A stretch of DNA of 63,236 nt, counting the filler, from Sphacelaria rigidula (Eukaryota): NCBI GenBank assembly GCA_964200075.2. It is 8 parts of 8 records of this genome, joined end to end, with 100 filler letters (N's around TTAATTAATTAA, not from the genome) between each part and the next. Parts side by side here need not be neighbours in the genome. Positions count along the whole stretch, not along the records: positions 1 to 7,819 come from CAXNAA020013359.1; positions 7,920 to 15,738 come from CAXNAA020013360.1; 6 more parts are not named here. One strand, written 5' to 3'. The translations under genes were made by a program, and so were the position numbers. Below, one piece after another: positions 1-13,976 of this stretch. How positions within the stretch are numbered: position 1 is the first letter of the stretch; each line of letters opens with the position of its first letter. Under the pieces are notes generated by a model that did not search any database, was not told the origin of the DNA, and worked only from the letters and a program-made list of their open reading frames with translations.

Positions 1-739
1 ATTTGGATGACAGCCTACAATAAGTTGCTTTATTATCTGGCATCGTCACTTCCAGAGACAGCAACGGCTTATACACTGCCTCATGGGTGTCACCAGGGGG
101 GGGGGGCTATCGTACAAAGTGTCATTGGTCAGCGCCTACTTCTTGGTGCGACCAAGTAGATTACTCAATGGATTCACAGCATATCTATCCTCCAAATGCT
201 CCGGTGATAACTCCCGTAATTGTGGGCGAGAGAGCGCACTTCGAAACCACGGCGCTTGAAACAGAGGCTGTATTCACGAGCCTTGTGGCCAAAAACAACC
301 CGAAATGTCTCATGTATCGTTGAAGCTTCATGCATCAGTGGAGATCTGGACGTCGTGAGGTGGTCAAGGGGGCTTTGCTCGAAATGCAGAGACACCCTTC
401 CCGTCCTCCTTCCGTTTTCGTCGCTGACCGTGAATCAGGACGTGTTCGTGCGTGAATCATTTTCTTGCTAGATGTACAAATGTCTCCGTCAATTTGGCAA
501 CTCGATTTCGACGGTACCAGGTGCAAAGTGAAGAATAAAGAACGAATACAGCACTCATCTGCGGACACATTTTTTTCTCTCTCTTGCTCTCATGACCTGC
601 CTGACCTCATTGCAAAGCAGACGGAGATCAAACTGGACCTTGCTACGATCTAGTGAAAATCCAAAAGGTTAGTCTACTGAATGCTTCGCCAACTGTACTG
701 CTTGTTATTGCCCCATGTACGGTGCCTAATTATCGACAG

Positions 740-3700
740 GTAGACACGCACGTCTATCATATACGTCCCCGCCTGAAGAGGAGGCCGCTTCCGCTTGCGG
801 ACTACCCCGGCGCGGGACAGTCAAAGTCCCTGGGGGTTGAGCTGGCGCTTTCACAGCAGGGCGTCGACGGAGAAGTGCCGGATTTTAGTTCTGGTTCTAG
901 CCCACGTCAGTGGCATGAACGGGCGATGGCAAGAGAGGTACGATGGGCTATAATAGAGTGAACTTGTGAAAGTGGAGCGCTTCAAGCATCGTTGCAACAG
1001 AATCAGTGGCATGGGCGTGAATGACACGTCTGGTAGATGAGGTACTCAAGCTCTGCGTGTTGTGGGTGATTTGGTTGAGTAATAATCCATGTTCTACTTG
1101 TGGGTGAATCCATTGTTCGTAACTGCATGTATGTTTTCAGTCGGGCCAAGCAACTCGAAACGCGTTCAACAGGATTGATCGAACACCCGAAACGAGCCGT
1201 CCCTGCCGACCCCACGTGAAACCGACGGGTGGCTCCCTCAGGTGTCGAACGCGGCGCCATTGGTGGCAGCTGCCGAAAAGCGCAGGGCTATCGCCTCCGC
1301 GACACGTTCGGTGATGGTGCTCACCGCACCACCGGCAGCAACAGCAACAGCAGCATCGGCTGCTGGCTCCAGCGCCCTCCTCGCGACGGGGCAGCCATCG
1401 CAACGGCAAGCAGGGCACACGTATGGGGCGACCGCGATGGCTGAACCAGAAAAGAGCTCTGGTTTGGCCAAGGTACCCCGGGTGACGAATACCGTCAACA
1501 GATCGCCGCTCCCTGGGCGGGGACCTACCATGCCGAGCCGAGCGAGAGATGGCGGTATGGACGGCCGTGAGGTTTGCCGAATTGTTTTGCCGAAAAAATC
1601 GACGAAGAAGCCTCAGTTCGGGATCAGGGTGAGAGTTTGTCGTGTTGGGCGTGGCAGGCAGTGTTGGTACCGTATATCTGGGGTAGCGCTGAATGAAGTG
1701 TGTGTAAGCGTTGCTGCTGTGTTGTGTTGCAGTGGATGGCGAACTGCACGTGTTGTCGTGCGTACGTCGTCGCCTGGCTTCGTGTGTATACACAGGACGG
1801 GTAGTCACATTTGGCTCTCAGGACCCAGAGAGGATAGATTGATGTCGTTTGGGTCTCTTCACTTGACTGGAGAAGATGAAACCGCTCAGGCGTTCCCTTT
1901 GTTGATCACATCACGTCGCTACAGTACTTGGACTTGGCTGTATCTGTTTTGAACGACCATGCTGGACTCGGACCATGGATAAGGCAGTACTTTCGTGGTG
2001 AAAGGGTGGCAATTGGTGGATGAGCAGGAAATACGTGTACTTTAGGAAAAATGGAAGTACTACCATTCGGTTACGGTCTGGGACCGTGGAAGCAGAAAAG
2101 TAAAGCAACCTCCGGATATTCGATGTTCGGTGTCACAGGCAGTATGACTCACCTGTCTCGGACGCCTGCCCGAGCGATACTCTTTGATGAAAAGCATGAG
2201 CGAGAAACACCCAACCTCCATATGCGGTATTGTAACACGGAGTCATTTCAGTACACTGCTGTTGAATGTAGCGGTGGAATGTATCAATGTTCTACTTGGG
2301 ACAATCAACGTACAGTGAACGACAGTACTGCGCAGCCCATGTTATTAGCAGCAAACACTCGTTGTACGGAACCACAAGGCTTCACTCTGGAGTTGCGATA
2401 GCCGGCTGAAGTGCCTTAGGGTGTTACTGCCGACCGCTCCGTGATCCAACCGATTTGTTGATTGCAACAGCGATCGGGTTTCATTTCAAGGTGAGTTGAA
2501 AAATCCACAGCATGGCTACCTCGTGGCCGTCGGTGCTCTTGATGAAAAATACGTGAGTTCCCAAGTTATGTTTCAACTACAGCGGCTGCACCCCAGGCAT
2601 ATCCCCCCGTTTTTATCCCTTTCGTCTCTCTCTTTGGGGCTTGTCACCCAACTGGAGCATTACTGCTGCTTTCGGCGTGTGGTCTAACAATCCAATGGTC
2701 AGTGCCAATCGTATGGTGGTAATTTTCCCGGACCCGCCCACAGGCCACTTGAGTAATTTCTTTATAGAGTCAGGGTATTTACCCAATAAAATGCATACCA
2801 TTCGAAAGCTACGGATCAGGGCTTTCGAATGAATCTACTTTTAGGTTTCACAGACATGTTGGTGACGAGTCATGTCGAATATATCGTTTCGCCAAAAACA
2901 CGGGGGAACTAGTAAATCTCCATTTGCCGGGGCCCCACCACTGTGCAAAAAAAAATGGAATCCTCGCAAAAAACTGGTTCTAGATCACCTGGTTTTGAAC
3001 CCGGTTATGCCTGGCTCCAGGTCGAAATTAATCAAGGAGCAAAAACAAATATCCGGAGTACGAAAATATATGGGGGAAAAGTTGCTCTAGGGCCATTTTC
3101 GTGGGTTCGAGACCCGCCGCGAGCATCTTTTCTTTTTTTTCCCCTTTTTTTCCTTGTTTTCCGGGCGACTCGTTACTCTTTTGCGCCTTGCTGCGGGCGT
3201 TCCGAAGCTGTTTTGTTTTTTAATTCGATCTGTCAAAAGTTATGGAGGGACAACCAAAATCCGTCCTTGAAAATTACCACTTTAGCAGTCATTTGCGGAG
3301 AAATTCGCGATGTTTGTTTACGCAACGAAATATTCGTGTGCAGTGCGACGTAGTAAAATACCCCTTCATATCTTTCTTTTATTAACGTTCATTGTGTTCT
3401 GTTAAAAAAAATACTTTGTGAAAATGAATATCCAGGTTGTTTGGGAGAGCATCCGGCCGGACACGTTCGTCTACGAGCCGGGACCCGAGCCGGCAGTCGT
3501 GGTGAAGCCGATGACTCTGCACAAGGACATGCATAGTCTTGTTGGCAACCCTCGCTTCTCCGACATCCAGTTCCGGTTCCAGGTACACGGCACAGCCATC
3601 ATCTCTTTGTCGCGAGTATGACCCGCTGTGGTATTTCAAGTAGCTGTAGTGTGGGGTTTCGAGGCCGGTTGTTAGCATTTTAGTATTCATCGTATTAGTC

Positions 3701-6700
3701 CTTTTTTTCGGACGCGCGGTCAAAAGATGGCAGGTTGCCGGGCAACCACACCAAAAAGTACATCATTCATTTCTTTGGTTGGCAGTATTTCACTGCAGCA
3801 GGGGGCTGCGGTGGTCTGTGATTGAGCCCGGCCGCGCTATGATTGGACAATGACTGCGATGGTGAAGTAAGTAGCATGCTAGTTGGATACCCGCGAACCA
3901 TTGATGGTACGGGGGGGGTCGCTTGTCGTCGGCCTCTTGTAATGCCGTGTCGCGTATATTTGGGCAGATGTTTTGTATTCTGAACAATCTATACATGGCA
4001 GAACAGCGTACGCATTGTCACCCCTTTCAATCGTCAATCCGATGCTTGCAGATGCATACCCGCGCACGAGATCGTCTGAATAGTTGGACGATTTGGTTCA
4101 TGTTATATTTCGTCCGTCTCGTGTTATTTCCACCTGCACTGGTGGGAACGTTCCAGAGACAACAACTCGATAAATACACGTTTCTATGAACCTACGTCCC
4201 AACTCTTGACTACTGGTCATCCTTACTCTTCGCTTGTTTTTTGGTCGCTGTTATCGGTACGGTAGAGGCCCATGGGCCCGCACCCACTCTCTACGGCAAC
4301 GTGTTTTTAATCAGGACAATCAACTATATCAATATGGGGAATATATACATACGTATATGTGTATATGCCTCAAGCATAATCAGCTACGGATTTCTCGAAC
4401 GACAAATGAATGGAATGAGACGGAACAAGTATACATCATGGAACTGAAGTGAAGTGACATCTCTACCTTCTTCTCACCTCCACACTTACTACGGTGCTAT
4501 CTTGTCGTCACAGGCGGTCGACTTCAACTTGCCGACAACGCCGACCAACACGGCTCACTACGCCATCGTCCCGCCGCCGACGCCTCCACCGCCCTTGCCA
4601 CGACATCAACATCAACATCAAGAAGAGGTAGCTGCTGCCACCACCTCGTCCTGGTCCAAACCCTGCGTCCAGTCACCATCGTCAACACCAGAGGCTCTGC
4701 CGGCAACACGTTTCTGGCGTGACACTTGCACACAGGACAAAGACATGGACCACTCCGCCGCCGCCGCCGATGATTATTACAAGAACCCCTCAAACAGAAC
4801 GATCATGAGCTTTTCTGGATCTGGATCTGGCTCTTCCGCTGCAGCCAGGAGCAACACGCGATCAGGAGGAGTCGGGACGACGGAAGGCGGCGCGCGTTCG
4901 GTTGTGGCGGCAGGAGAGGCGAACAGCACCTTGTCCGCGCCGGTGTCGGCCGGTTCGGGTTCTGATGTAGGCGAAACGACTGTGGTAACCGGACGGTCGC
5001 TGAGCGGGGCGGGCGGTAGCAGGGTGGTCGGGGACGAAGAAGGAATAAGCGCGGAGGAGAGTAGAAGCGCGCGCCGTGCTCACCGCAGCGCTCTGCTCAG
5101 CTTCCCTGAAGCCATGTCTCCGCGCAGCAGCACCGGAACTAGCGGTAGAGCTACAACGAACAACGACGGGTCTGTACCGCCGTCACGAGCCGCCGCAGCC
5201 GCCGCTTGCGCATCTAGTAGCGGCAACACCAATATCTCCACCACAACCTCCTCCTGCTCCCCGCTTGTCGGCAGCGGCGCATTCGGGGGTGGTTGTCACC
5301 CCCGGAGTGCTTTACCTGTGTTGCCTGACTCGCCCTTGTGCGCTTCTGGATTGAAAAGCCCGAGCGGTGTTGACATCAATTCTGCTGGACATCATACCGA
5401 CGGGGTCGTGGGCCGCAATCGCAGTAGTGGCAGCGCTGTTGTCAAGTCTGTGTGGGGGAGCGAGCCGGATGAGAAGGAAAAGCGGAGAGAAGAGGGGGAA
5501 GGAGAAAGAAAGTCGCGCAGCTGGGTTCTTGTTGCGTCGGGGGTTACGACGACTGCCGGCAGGGATGGGGATAGGGATGTGGGTATGGTGCCCGGAGCGG
5601 GCGTCCTCACGGTGGACACGACGATTGCGGGTGTGCCTGTCGCCACCCGATTGTCGCAGCATAACGTTGTCACGAGATCATCGGCCGGACAGGAGTTGGG
5701 CAGCCCCAGGTGACATGTATGATTGGTGCGTTTGTGGTAATAGGCCTGTTAGTAAGTAGTCTCGGTGTTTTACATTCGTCTCTAATTGCAGCCATGCTTT
5801 CCATCCAATTGGAATATAGCTGGAGTGGGGTAGTGTACGAAGACGGCTCGGTATTCATGGTACCCTGTGATATCAGGTTTTCCCGGTCATCGATGCCGCA
5901 GGCACTGTTGGGTACTGGTACTGCAAGTACTATTGAAACGTAGGGTACCCTGGTGCACGGTAGAAATCCTCCCCTGTTAATAGCCACCGTTCATATGCTT
6001 GCACAGCATTCCTGCCCACCCTGTACAGATCAGCTATTCTGCCATGACGCCGTCCGTTCGTGTCCCCCCGACAGTCGACAAATCATGATCCCCCCATCTT
6101 CAGGATAAAGGTCGAGTACGAAAGTAGTGGAACGAACCGGGGTTCAAACAACAGTCTCGTGATAGGGGGGGTTGGTAAAGTCACGGAAGTGTTTGTGCGG
6201 TAAAGTAACAAGTGTATCGACATGTCAATGCGTTATCTACTAAACTGTTGAGACGTCTTTCGTCTTCATATAAAATAAAACTTGGTTGGAAGCAACATGG
6301 GCGGCAGCTTCTATCTTAGCTTGCAATCAGCTTCGTGATGATCTCATTGCCAACAGTTCTACAGAGGAACAAGAACAACTTTGTACACCGCATAAAAACT
6401 GAAAATATTAACGGATACATCACTTTGTTGTGTGTAAATAGTACAAGCCGAGCAGATGACATCGTACGTGGCAGTTCCCCTTCCCCATCCTACGCCCTCA
6501 TGGGTGATATTGCGTTCATTCATGCGTGGGAAGAAATTTGGCAGTGAGCAATGAGGTAAAGGTATACGGTTTCGTTCTTGGCCGCTTGAGGGTACAATTG
6601 TCCGCAAGTTTTTCTACACGGCGTTAAAATAGACGCGTGTGCTGGACCTATTTTTAGCCTTTTCGCAGAAGAGACACTGTGTCGTTTCCTCTGTACACTT

Positions 6701-7226
6701 GCACTACAAGAAAACACGACATTCGTCAAGCGGACGGTGAATAACACAGCTTCAAGGTATTAGCCTGATCCAAAATCTACCCTCTGCCCCCTCCCAACAA
6801 ACTCATACGTCATCATATACAGGGCACTAAGTCCGGTAGCCAACGTGTTTCCAAAAATAGACCACAGCAAGCTTGGTAGGGCCAACTCCTTCTCCACCAG
6901 TCCCAGAGCAGCTACACCTGGAGCGTTCTCCCCCAGATGTGGCAAAGCCGGCGGTGGGAGCAGGAGGCGTTTTTTCGGGCTATCAGAGGCAGCAGAAGCA
7001 GAGGCGGAAGCTGCTGCGGCTTCTTCGGTCGATGACAGAAGGTGCAGCGTTGGAGGTGCTGGCCGAGATGAAGATGCTCACGGGGAGAGGGAGAGGCGAC
7101 CGACGCCATTGCCAGGCAGATTATCGGTGTCGAGCTGTGAGGATGGTCGTGGTGGGGAGGTTATCGACGCCCATCGCATGGTAGTATCGCTAAGGAGCGA
7201 GCCTATGAGAGCAATGCTACGAAGCG
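740..7226 (+). CDS. BTB/POZ-domain protein, partial, multi-exon
   Basis: AG/GT-bounded exons 740-937, 1242-1628, 3436-3582, 4514-5709 and 6823-7226 join in frame (phases 0,0,0,2). BTB motifs: LHKDMHSLVGNPRFSDIQFRF (exon 3) and VIDAHRMVVSLRSEPMRAMLRSG (exon 5). Start and end lie outside the contig. Confidence 0.8.
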
Positions 7227-7819
7227 GTGAGTCTTGCGTGCATATTTGTGACAGACGAATAGTGTACAAGCCATACAAGTTTGCGTGTGTTGTTCCTCAT
7301 GTGAGGCTCAGTGCTCTGGAGTGGTGTGACATTGCCTGCTTGTTGGGTGGTCTGTTGATCAAACGCTGACTGTGCGTTCACCAGTAGTATATAAACACAG
7401 AAAACGGGTTGAGGTGCTTTTGTGTTTCAGTATCGTACCGTAACTCGGGGATGAAGCTGTGTCTTTGTTGCACCTGTAGACGCGTCCCCACAGCGAAGGT
7501 GATCACTCATGCATATCAACCCCGGTTTTTGCTTCCCCGCGGTGCGATGTCTCCAGTCAAACCGTGCTTCCTTCAAGTTTGTTGATTTTAATCGTCCGTT
7601 CACGAGTAGTGGAGTACAAAGTTGTGTCATTTCAACAAAATGCAAACAAGCGTCAGTGTATTGATAATGATGAATGACGGCCGCAGGACCACCAGCGCAC
7701 GGGGGCGCAGAAGTCGTGCCTATATCTGCCGTTACGTGCTGGAGAGTCCCCCCCTCCCATCTCCGTCCCGGCTTTGTAGGGGCGGACCCCCGATGGGGTT
7801 GGCGTCGGTTGGCGATGAT

Positions 7820-7919
7820 NNNNNNNNNNNNNNNNNNNNNNNNNNNNNNNNNNNNNNNNNNNNTTAATTAATTAANNNNNNNNNNNNNNNNNNNNNNNNN
7901 NNNNNNNNNNNNNNNNNNN
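7820..7919. other. Artificial contig spacer
   Basis: 44 N + TTAATTAATTAA + 44 N, identical at all seven junctions. Confidence 0.98.
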
Positions 7920-8063
7920 AGAAGCTGGGAATTCCCACGCTTGTGTTCGTTCTAGCCAATATCGCCAATATGAGGCGCTTCACGCAGCCTGAACCCGAAC
8001 ATCAGGCGCTGTATGGCCACTTCTTTCGTGACACTTTTAGCTGGTTTTTGGGGGGGGCTATCG
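7920..8063. repeat. Dispersed MITE-like repeat with CGATAG-C(n)/G(n)-CTATCG ends, partial copy
   Basis: Closely matches about 63036-63170 (aagctgggaattcccacgct...ccaatatgaggcgcttca...) and ends in GGGGGGGCTATCG. Confidence 0.75.
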
Positions 8064-9679
8064 TGAAAAGTATTACACAGCGCTGTCAAGAGTAGTCAAG
8101 CTCCAAAGCTGAGCGCCGCAAAATCCCGCCGGCGAGCGATATTGCTGACGAACGGATCATCAATGTCACACCGTGTGATTCAAGCGATAAGATGACGCCC
8201 TTTACAAACTTAGGTGTTCCTCGACCGGGGCTACCTCGAAGCCTGCCCTTCGCCCACACGTCAAGGATGCACCTCCGGAGTGACTTCCCCGTGCACCACT
8301 CCCGCCTTATTGTTATTCGGCACCACCATTGGCTCCTCCGTTCCAGGTATGTATTAGCACCCCTTGGCTGTGGATTGATGCCATACACGTTTGCACGCTG
8401 ATAGTACTAATTGATCGAACAAGCTCGTACGTTCAGATGGCGTCCCGGAGGATATTTCCCGATGATATGTGCCCTGAGTGTGGCGTGTTTGTTGGCCTAG
8501 TGAAATCGTGTTGAACGCGAACGTCGAGTTTCTCGGTCAGGACATTGTCTATTTTAACAGCATCGCCTGCAGGCAGCCGTGGCCTTCGCACGACTGGGGT
8601 ACCGCATTTGGTGTCCTCAATATCTGGTTTCAAATATGTACAGTACTGGTTCTAGGTGAACCCATCCTTGGTAGTCGATTTCGACCTCCTTTCGACATGT
8701 CCCTCTCTGCTGTGTTCTACGCCCTCTCGTTGAGCAATGTCGTTCTTCTTGCGGCACGTCTCGGTGATGCTCAGACCGTTACCCCACGACAGTCAAGCAA
8801 GGCAGCAATTCGTGCTGGAAAGTCTACGACGAGAGGACATGTTTCTGCGTGAGCAGGAACAATCAGCGAGGTAGGAGTTATTCGTGTGAAATGAGCCATT
8901 AGGGAAAAGTCTCTGTAAATGTGAAGGGACATCACTCATGGGCCTTGACGGTTACATGTGAGCGAGCATGTTCTTCGTGGCAACGACTGGGGAGTTGGTG
9001 TGCATCTTCTCTGACTCCCCATCAGCCACCCGTCCAGGTCTCCAGCTCTACCTGGACTCATGATATATTCAATACCAGATGAAACCGTCTTCATTGCTAA
9101 GGGCGAGCGAATACGCTAGTATTTACCGCTTAGACTGATGCAGGATTTACCAGGCGGCTACGGCGCTCCTGAAAACAAGTATGGACCGAGTGATGAGTTG
9201 GACACCGTGACACATCCATTGGTGCTTTGATTGCGTTGCTGCGCAAGATGCAAACAAGGTAAACTGAACTACATTATTAAGCCAAATGGCAGGGACACGA
9301 GGGATATCAGGCGGTGATTCGGTAGGAGTAGAGCCCCGAGGCGTTGAGGCAAACGACGCATTCGTGGGCAGCAATTCTCCTGGTGTCGTAAGGACCATCG
9401 GTGCAACACATGTGCCAGCGGTCGCAGAACGTCCTAGTATGGCAGCTCGGCCGCACCGCGCGAGCCAGGCTGGAAGTCGCCGTGGCTTTCGCGACACTAG
9501 GATAGAGAACGTGCGCGAAAGGAACGCCCCATCTGCGGGCGATCACAGGAGTGGGAGCGACTGAGCTAGGGGCTTAGCCCCGGAACGCGAGTCGGTTGCT
9601 ATGTACGTTGCTAGTGATGTAGGGTCTTTGGGTTCCTGACCTTGATATCGATCTAGCTCGCAAAGTAACTTGTGGAACA

Positions 9680-12300
9680 ATGCAGTGCTTGAACGTTGCA
9701 AGCACGGGTCTATTGATTAGTCGAGAAGTGAGGAAAAAGTGGTCACCCAAACAGTGCCAGCGAGAACGATGTCAATGTTGGAGATACAAAGCTGTCTGTG
9801 CGGTACCTAGAGCTACATTACGTCAACAATGTGGTTGCAGTACATATGAAAGCGCGGCAGATTATGGACGAGAGTATTCAAATAAGATGGATAAGGACAT
9901 CCTGTATCGAGTGAGGTCCTCTGGTGCAGCAGGTGGCGTGAGTTGGTAGAGCTGTACAATCGCGAAACTCAAGGGGCAAGGCTGCAGCTACAAAGTAAGC
10001 TTGAAGCTGTTCAAATTGCGTATAGGGATGACTCTAGGGAAAATCTGATGGAGTTGGAAGGGTTGCCAGGTCGCTGTGGCCACACGAGGGGTTCGACCCC
10101 CCATCCTGCCGGAATTTGCGAATGACTCCCGATCGAGAACGGCCTTCAACGGTAGATACTGGAGAGCACAACGAGCGCACTCCCGCGAACAACTATACTA
10201 TCACCTTCATGAAGCGTTATTAGCCATCCATTTTCAAGCAAATACTCGCCAACGGCAAGAAGACGTCGTCAAGCAACCAGAATCTTGTCGGCAAGAGCCA
10301 ACCCGGTAAAACCAACGGCTGTCTTCGCGGCGGTACACCGGGTAAAGCGCAGGGATCAAGTCACGAAAGTAGCGGTGGCGAGCAAAAAAGTGGGGGTCAG
10401 TTCGGGGCCATCAACTACGAACAACAGGAAAGTGGCCAGTTCAGGACCAACAACCTCGACGAGCGGCCAAGCCGCGGCATTGCCACTGATGCGACTTTGG
10501 GTAATGCCGTGCCCGGTTTGTCGTCGTCTGAAAACTCGAGGACTCCGCGAGAGCGTGGTAATGGCGGTGGGATCGGCCAGCGACGGTGGTGGTGGTGACT
10601 CTCCCGCGCGTAAAGATTCAGGCAGAATTGCGATCCACCTCTAATGGTTTTTTGAGCTGCAACAACATTTTGTCGCTTTTCTCTTGTGATAAAAGAAGCA
10701 TGCACGATCGTAGCTGGGCACAGTCATTGATTATATATTGCGAAAGGTGCCAATGGCACCTCGTAAGTCGGCAAGTGTGGCGACAAGCGGCACAGAAAAC
10801 TCTTAGGACCGGCCTGACAGTCCAAGGGTTTCCGGTTGGGTTAAGGATTAGCGTTGGTGGGGCCTCGAAGGGTGCCAGTTGGACGTGCCATGGTAAGGTG
10901 CTGATGGGACGTGTTAGTGCCATCGATAGCATGCAAGAGAATGTAAGACACTCTATTATAGCTGGGTGCACGAGATTGGAAGCTCTCTACGACGATGCAG
11001 CGTGTGGCCACATTTAACACGTTTGTGTACTTGCCAAAGGTAGCGCAACCAATTTGCCGAGCCCAGCGATGATTTATTACATCTACGTGCATGTTGAGAA
11101 ACACAGTAAGATTGTGCGTCCGCCGCAACACTCGTGAATCCATCTTCTGGTTACATTAGATCGATGAGAGCGGAAGCACGAAGGCAGAAGGATACACGCC
11201 GCCTTGTGGCCTCGCAAAACTTGTCGCTGGCGAAGAAGGTCGGCACCATCGAGGTAAACACTGCACGTCTGCCGTTTTCTGCGCACCGAACATTCTCTCG
11301 TCAGTAATAAGTAGCTTCTTCGGACTCGTGTGCACAATTGGAAGCTTGAGCCCATATTGCTGTGGATCAGCCTATTTTGTGCCTGCCAACAACCCCCTTC
11401 TTTCGTTTGCATAGCGACGTGAACAGAGATGGATATTGGCTCATCTACGCGATCTATAATGACTTCATGACGATGTGTTTCCGACGTGTGGACACGATAT
11501 TCTGCCCGGCAGCACATGCTAATGATGGACATGCGAGCGGCTGTGGAACGCCATGCTTATGCCCCTGGACTGCGCCCAAAAGCCTCACAACAATCCTGTT
11601 TGTCGTTAGAAAGCATTCATCATGGTAGGAGGAAAGGGAAAGCTGAAGGTACAGGCTCGCGAACTTCCGATCCATCCCTGGCGGGTGTGTTTGTGTTCGT
11701 CGATGACTCGTGATGACCAATCGTCCGTTGCTGCTTGGAAACCTACCAAATGAGGGGTATGAAGGTGCAACGGTGTATTTCCGTTCGACTGCCGTCAGCA
11801 TGCGTCTGACGTCCAACTTTAAAGTTCAAAGTTCTCGAGTATCGGGAAATCGGAAAGCCCAGCCGGTCATGCAAAAACGATGTCAGTTGGTTTCTGACAT
11901 CATAATAGCCTCGAGAGAGGACCGCATTTCCCGACCGTCAAGCCAAGTTGTTCGACAGAGCACGGGTGACCACTGGTACATATACATTATGCCATATAAA
12001 TGTCGTAGGTTAATGGGGTCTCACACCATCTGACGGCCATATTGTAGGTTATATGCCCATGTGATACCCACAAACGTGACCAGTGGAACTAAGTGTCGAC
12101 TCGTGAGTGATAGAGTGTCGCTTATTTTCACAGGGGGCACTTCTTCGCAGTATAATATCGGCTCCATGGTGAACGGCTAAAAGTCAGGACCAGATGTCCG
12201 CTTTTACGCCGCACCTTCTTGATGCATCATACAGGGTCTGGTCTTTCGATGAGCTATGTTTACTATTCGCAGTATGATATACATAGGGGCGATAGTTTGA
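9680..12300 (+). pseudogene. Highly degenerate Ty1/copia-like retrotransposon remnant
   Basis: Fragments in copia order across broken frames: gag-like ELYNRETQGARLQLQSKLEAV, a DSG-like stretch near 10616, CGHI near 11003, and integrase-like VFVFVDDS near 11690. Many stops and frameshifts; boundaries approximate. Confidence 0.4.
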
Positions 12301-12838
12301 TGATTGTCGACGTGTTTTACTGTGCCTCTGGATTCACCTATGTAGCCCACATGTTTCTCGTGTAGGATGTGCGCTTCATCTTCAGATGATAACTATACTA
12401 GGGTACTGAAGGGGCCCCTCCCCCCCGGTGGGCGCGGGGGCCCGAATCGTAAGCTAGACCAGGGCGACTAAAAGTGGATAACAAAGGTGACATCGTAGTT
12501 GAAAGCTGTTGTTGGGAATATGGATGTCCCTGTGCGCGGGTGAGAGTGGAAAGGCGAGGCACGGCGTAGTGCGTGATGACCGCGCGGGTACATGTGAAGG
12601 TGATGAGGTTTTGCCCAGAAGTAGATTTTTTTGTGGAAGAACCGTCGATAACGGCGTGGAGGCTGCAGAATCCGAAGAATGCATGCTGAAGGAGAAACGA
12701 AACACCGCTACGAGCAGTTCCGCAATTCCACGCGAAAGGCTAGCAAACATCCTGTCGTGTTTTTGTTCCAACTATGCCCATGCGGGTACTAATGCAAAAT
12801 ACAAGTGCACGAAAGATAACTCGAACGAAACCTACGTA

Positions 12839-13976
12839 CAGTGCCGGCCCGCACTCAAGAACCTCCTATTCTGAGTGAGGCTCAGTTCTTGTTGGCTGCC
12901 CCAACCCTAGCACCAGTTCTTATCTGCCAAGTCCTTATTTCGTCGTCCAGTTTTCCTCCAGAAATGGGGTTCTTGTTCTTATTTCAACACCGATTGCTAT
13001 ATTATTGGTTTGCGTATCATATGACGACGTACTTTGGTGGCTCTCAACTGCACTCGGCGGAGTGTTGAACATGAGGAACACTGCTGTTTTTGTTTGGTAC
13101 AAGAAAACACCAAGGCATGGAGGAACTGCTGTCAACCTTCTTGGTCCACAAGGGTGACGTTAGGGGTGCGTACCCTTCCCGCTCTACTAAAGCTCTCAAG
13201 CAAAACCCAGGAGCCCACCGCCGCATCCGGATCTCCGCTGTACTTGTCTAAGGGCGGCTTCATCTTGCGCGTACTCTGGTCTAGCTCCAGCTGGACACAG
13301 TAGTCGTACGATCGCACCGTGCGTGACTACAGTACTCTCCTGTATACGGTACTGTCTGTATGTATTGGTCATATACAAAAGTAGCTGGGTCGGTTGCCTG
13401 CTGAGCGTATATGTGATGATGTGAACGGCTGCTGCTTTTTTGCCACTAGATGATGGCGGTTCGTCTCTACATGTGTGTGAGGGCTATGCTGCTATCAGTA
13501 TGTACGGGCTATGGTGCTGTTCGTGTGCGTGTCGTACTATGTGCCGTGCGTGAACCGTGTGTGTGGGTTCCCTTGTCCGGGGGTGCTTTCAAAAACGTGT
13601 TAGTCGGCTCGGCGAGTCTGCTCAAACGTGCTCCGAAACTGGTTCTAGTTTGGGGGTATGTTCAGGGAATCTGCCCGTGGGGGTAGAAATACGCCGGCCG
13701 ATGTACCCACTCAACACACCCAGCCCCCTCCCAGATCCAATGCTGGGATCGCCCATCCCTCGCCCCCTCCCCCTGCGAATGTTCTTATCTCGCAGCTGCC
13801 ACGTTACTCTTGTTCTTAACTGTAGCATAAGTGGTACACCTTAAGTACGTATGTGTTGTACGTTCAATCTGAGCACGTGTTTTTAGGGGCTTTTTTAGGG
13901 GCAAATTCTGAAGTTTTGATTTGTTTTTTAGCATCAAATTCTTAACTGTCATATTCTTAAGTGCTGGTCGGCAATG
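12839..13976. mobile_element. Non-autonomous Tc1/mariner-like DNA transposon (1138 bp)
   Basis: Terminal inverted repeats CAGTGCCGGCCCGCACTCAAGAA and (reverse complement) CATTGCCGACCAGCACTTAAGAA match at 19/23. TA flanks both ends (12837-38, 13977-78). Confidence 0.6.

Noticed and set aside
7864..7875. Regularly spaced TTAATTAATTAA motif as a biological periodic element
   Set aside because: Always centred in N runs; it is an assembly linker.
8433..8633. Minus-strand peptide resembling a Gypsy RT N-terminus (PVVRRPRLP...KIDNVL)
   Set aside because: Similarity is too weak and no downstream RT motifs follow.
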